This document shows positions 61,655-64,000 of a DNA stretch of 64,000 nt, piece by piece; the stretch's first letter is position 1; each line of letters starts with the position of its first letter. The position numbers and the translations under genes were made by a program. The notes beneath the pieces are model-generated. The model was not told where the DNA came from, did no database searches, and saw only the letters and a list, made by a program, of their open reading frames with translations. This DNA comes from Lingula anatina (Eukaryota; Animalia; Brachiopoda): contig CM120642.1 in assembly GCA_051362555.1 (NCBI GenBank), forward strand, positions 17,298,001 through 17,362,000, read 5' to 3'.

Positions 61655-64000
61655 ATTCAGTGAAACACAACAATAATGTTTTTGTTCAACATTGTGTTAG
61701 AGGTGAAAGATGTGACAGGTTGTCTTCATTGAATTATTAAGCTGAAATAATTGGAAAAAGTCACACAAAAGGTGCTTAGAACGTATGAAGCAAGCACTTC
61801 ATTTTCCTGGAAATTTCAAAAACCTTCCCAAAACTGTTGAGGCAATTATAATTTAAACCCGTTTTCTAGTTATCACTTTGTAATTTTAATGCAACAGCCC
61901 TATCTTCATTACGAGAGTTGCTCAAAATGAACTTGCAAAATAATATTAATAAATAAGAATGAACAGTTTATGTATCGTAATTTCATCAACGTCTACCTTT
62001 GTTATTTTGGCAGACCGTTAAAATTTCAGGAAAAATATTTTTCCTTTTGCTAAATATAAGTGTTTATACGTTAAATGCATGTATCTAGTGTAAATGTGGG
62101 AATAAGTTAGACAGTGTCAATGTTTTGATAAAAACGATGGAAAACTACTGTCACAATCCATATGTATGATGTCGATTGGGGCCGTTTACCAAGCCTGAAG
62201 GAGTTGCGACACAAAAGAATACTTTTATAATGTGCATATTTTGGCGTTCAAAATGTTTCATATAAATATTTGATAGTTCTTGCAAATAGTTATATCAAAA
62301 AAGTGGTAAACTGCAGTACAATGCACAATACCTAATGAATGTTCTGATCATCTAATATTCATCATGTTTTTGTTGTTATAAAAATTCTAGATAGATGTTC
62401 TTTTTTATTTGTGACAAAAAGAGTGAAAAAAATCATTGAAGCAAAACAGTATGGCCAGCATTACGTTAACACAGATCTGCGTCAGAGGCACATGATATTT
62501 TCCCAAGAGCAAGCGACACCTGCTTATAAAGCAAACGACAACTATATGCATATAGTTCAAATCTATATAGGCAATTCGCTGAAGTGCAAAAATAAATGCT
62601 TTGCCAGAATTTCATAAACCTTGAAATTTAATTACATGTCGCTATCTACTCTTTTGCATGGTAAATTGACTTGGTTAGGTAAATTTACTTGGATTTGCCA
62701 AGACCGTAATTCTAACAGATGGCTCTCTTACCTCCATTGGAGCAATTTACAGAATCATATTCTGCGATGGGACAGCTTATGTTTGATGCCAAAACAACTG
62801 CAATGATAAAGATTTATATCGACAGATAGTATCAATTTTTATTATACCGTCACTGGCCAATCCAGGAGGGGGGCACATTAATAGAAAATGACCAGCAAAG
62901 AGAGACATTATGCGAAATAGTTATGGGGGACAAATTTACTGTGAAATGTAGGGGCCAAGGATGGGATTTTTTTTTCTTGGGGGGGGGGGGGGAGGGGGGG
63001 AGCAGTAGGAAAGAGGAGTATGGAGTAACACCCATTCGAAAGGGGTGGTCTGGGTCCATTATGCCTCCTTAATCCGCCATATTGTATCATATTTACAAAA
63101 AGAAAGTTAACAAACATAAATTCAGTGAAGTCAGGTACCTTCTTCAGATATAGAAAGATAATACATGTAAAACAAAAATTGAATATTTTTAAAATAAATG
63201 CATTGAAATTTCACAAGTAAAATAAGTAAATAAAAAGATCAACTTATTGATGACCTAAATTTAAAAATAAAATAAATGCTGTATTTATCTGGTTATTCGT
63301 TTATTTATTTATTTATTTTTTTTTCATATTTAAAGATTTAACATCCGGGGAAAATGATATAGAAATCGCGTTTGGTGCATATAAGTACGGGTTTACCATA
63401 TGTTAAAATTGTGAAAAATTGTGGTCTTTCTGTTCCTTATAACCTGTTATCACTTTTCCAATTCGCCTTCCATCCTTTTAAATCATAAATACCATTACAA
63501 AAACAGTGAGTGCAATTGGAAGTAGAATTGTACGAACAATAGATAATAGGAAATCCATTAGACTGAACTTTATAAACACAAATTGTCGATAACACGAGGA
63601 CATATAGTTAAGGTTATATTTATTTTTTAAATGATAACAAATATTTGAAGTGATGCCTATAGTGAAAGGAGGACAGTGTCAAAAGACCTCAAAGAAACGG
63701 TTATCAATATTTAGAAAACAATAAATATTGACTATAGGAAACCCTACAGATTAATGTTAACGTTCGATATACGGCATATATACATTGAAAAACTATCATA
63801 AATACAATTCTTCCTTATTGACTCTCTTTTAGTGTACTTGAAATGAATTCGAAAAACGAGGAAAAACTATAAGCAGGGAGTTTACAATATTTATTATAAA
63901 ATACTGAAAAAGATATTTTGATAAAACGCCTACAGTTCACTCTGAAGAACGCCGTAAAGTCAATGGAGGAAAAGAAAATGAAAATTTTAAAAACATATGT

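Overview
AT-rich animal genomic DNA from a bilaterian invertebrate. A spiralian is likely but this is inference only. The core is a ParaHox locus: a two-exon Cdx (25756-31424, +) followed about 10.3 kb later by a two-exon Gsx (41775-43800, +) in tandem. I can find no Xlox/Pdx homeobox anywhere in the window, so the canonical Gsx>Xlox><Cdx order is not present. Flanking genes are the last exon of a beta-lactamase-fold serine hydrolase (249-916), a ZP-domain membrane protein with an intronless CDS (58085-59428), and the last exon of a minus-strand gene encoding a domain resembling bacterial PPC domains (60856-61229). The left third is TE-dense. It holds an intact, young 6.4-kb Gypsy element (identical 113-bp LTRs, ACAT target duplication, candidate -1 frameshift) inserted about 90 bp upstream of a perfect tRNA-Asn gene, plus nested DNA transposons, an inverted pair of TTAA MITEs, RTE-type LINE fragments and a ~150-bp satellite. 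The strongest non-coding signal is four identical, co-oriented high-affinity Su(H)/CSL sites (TTTCCCACG) within 364 bp of the Cdx intron. All coordinates were read by eye and no database searches were run.
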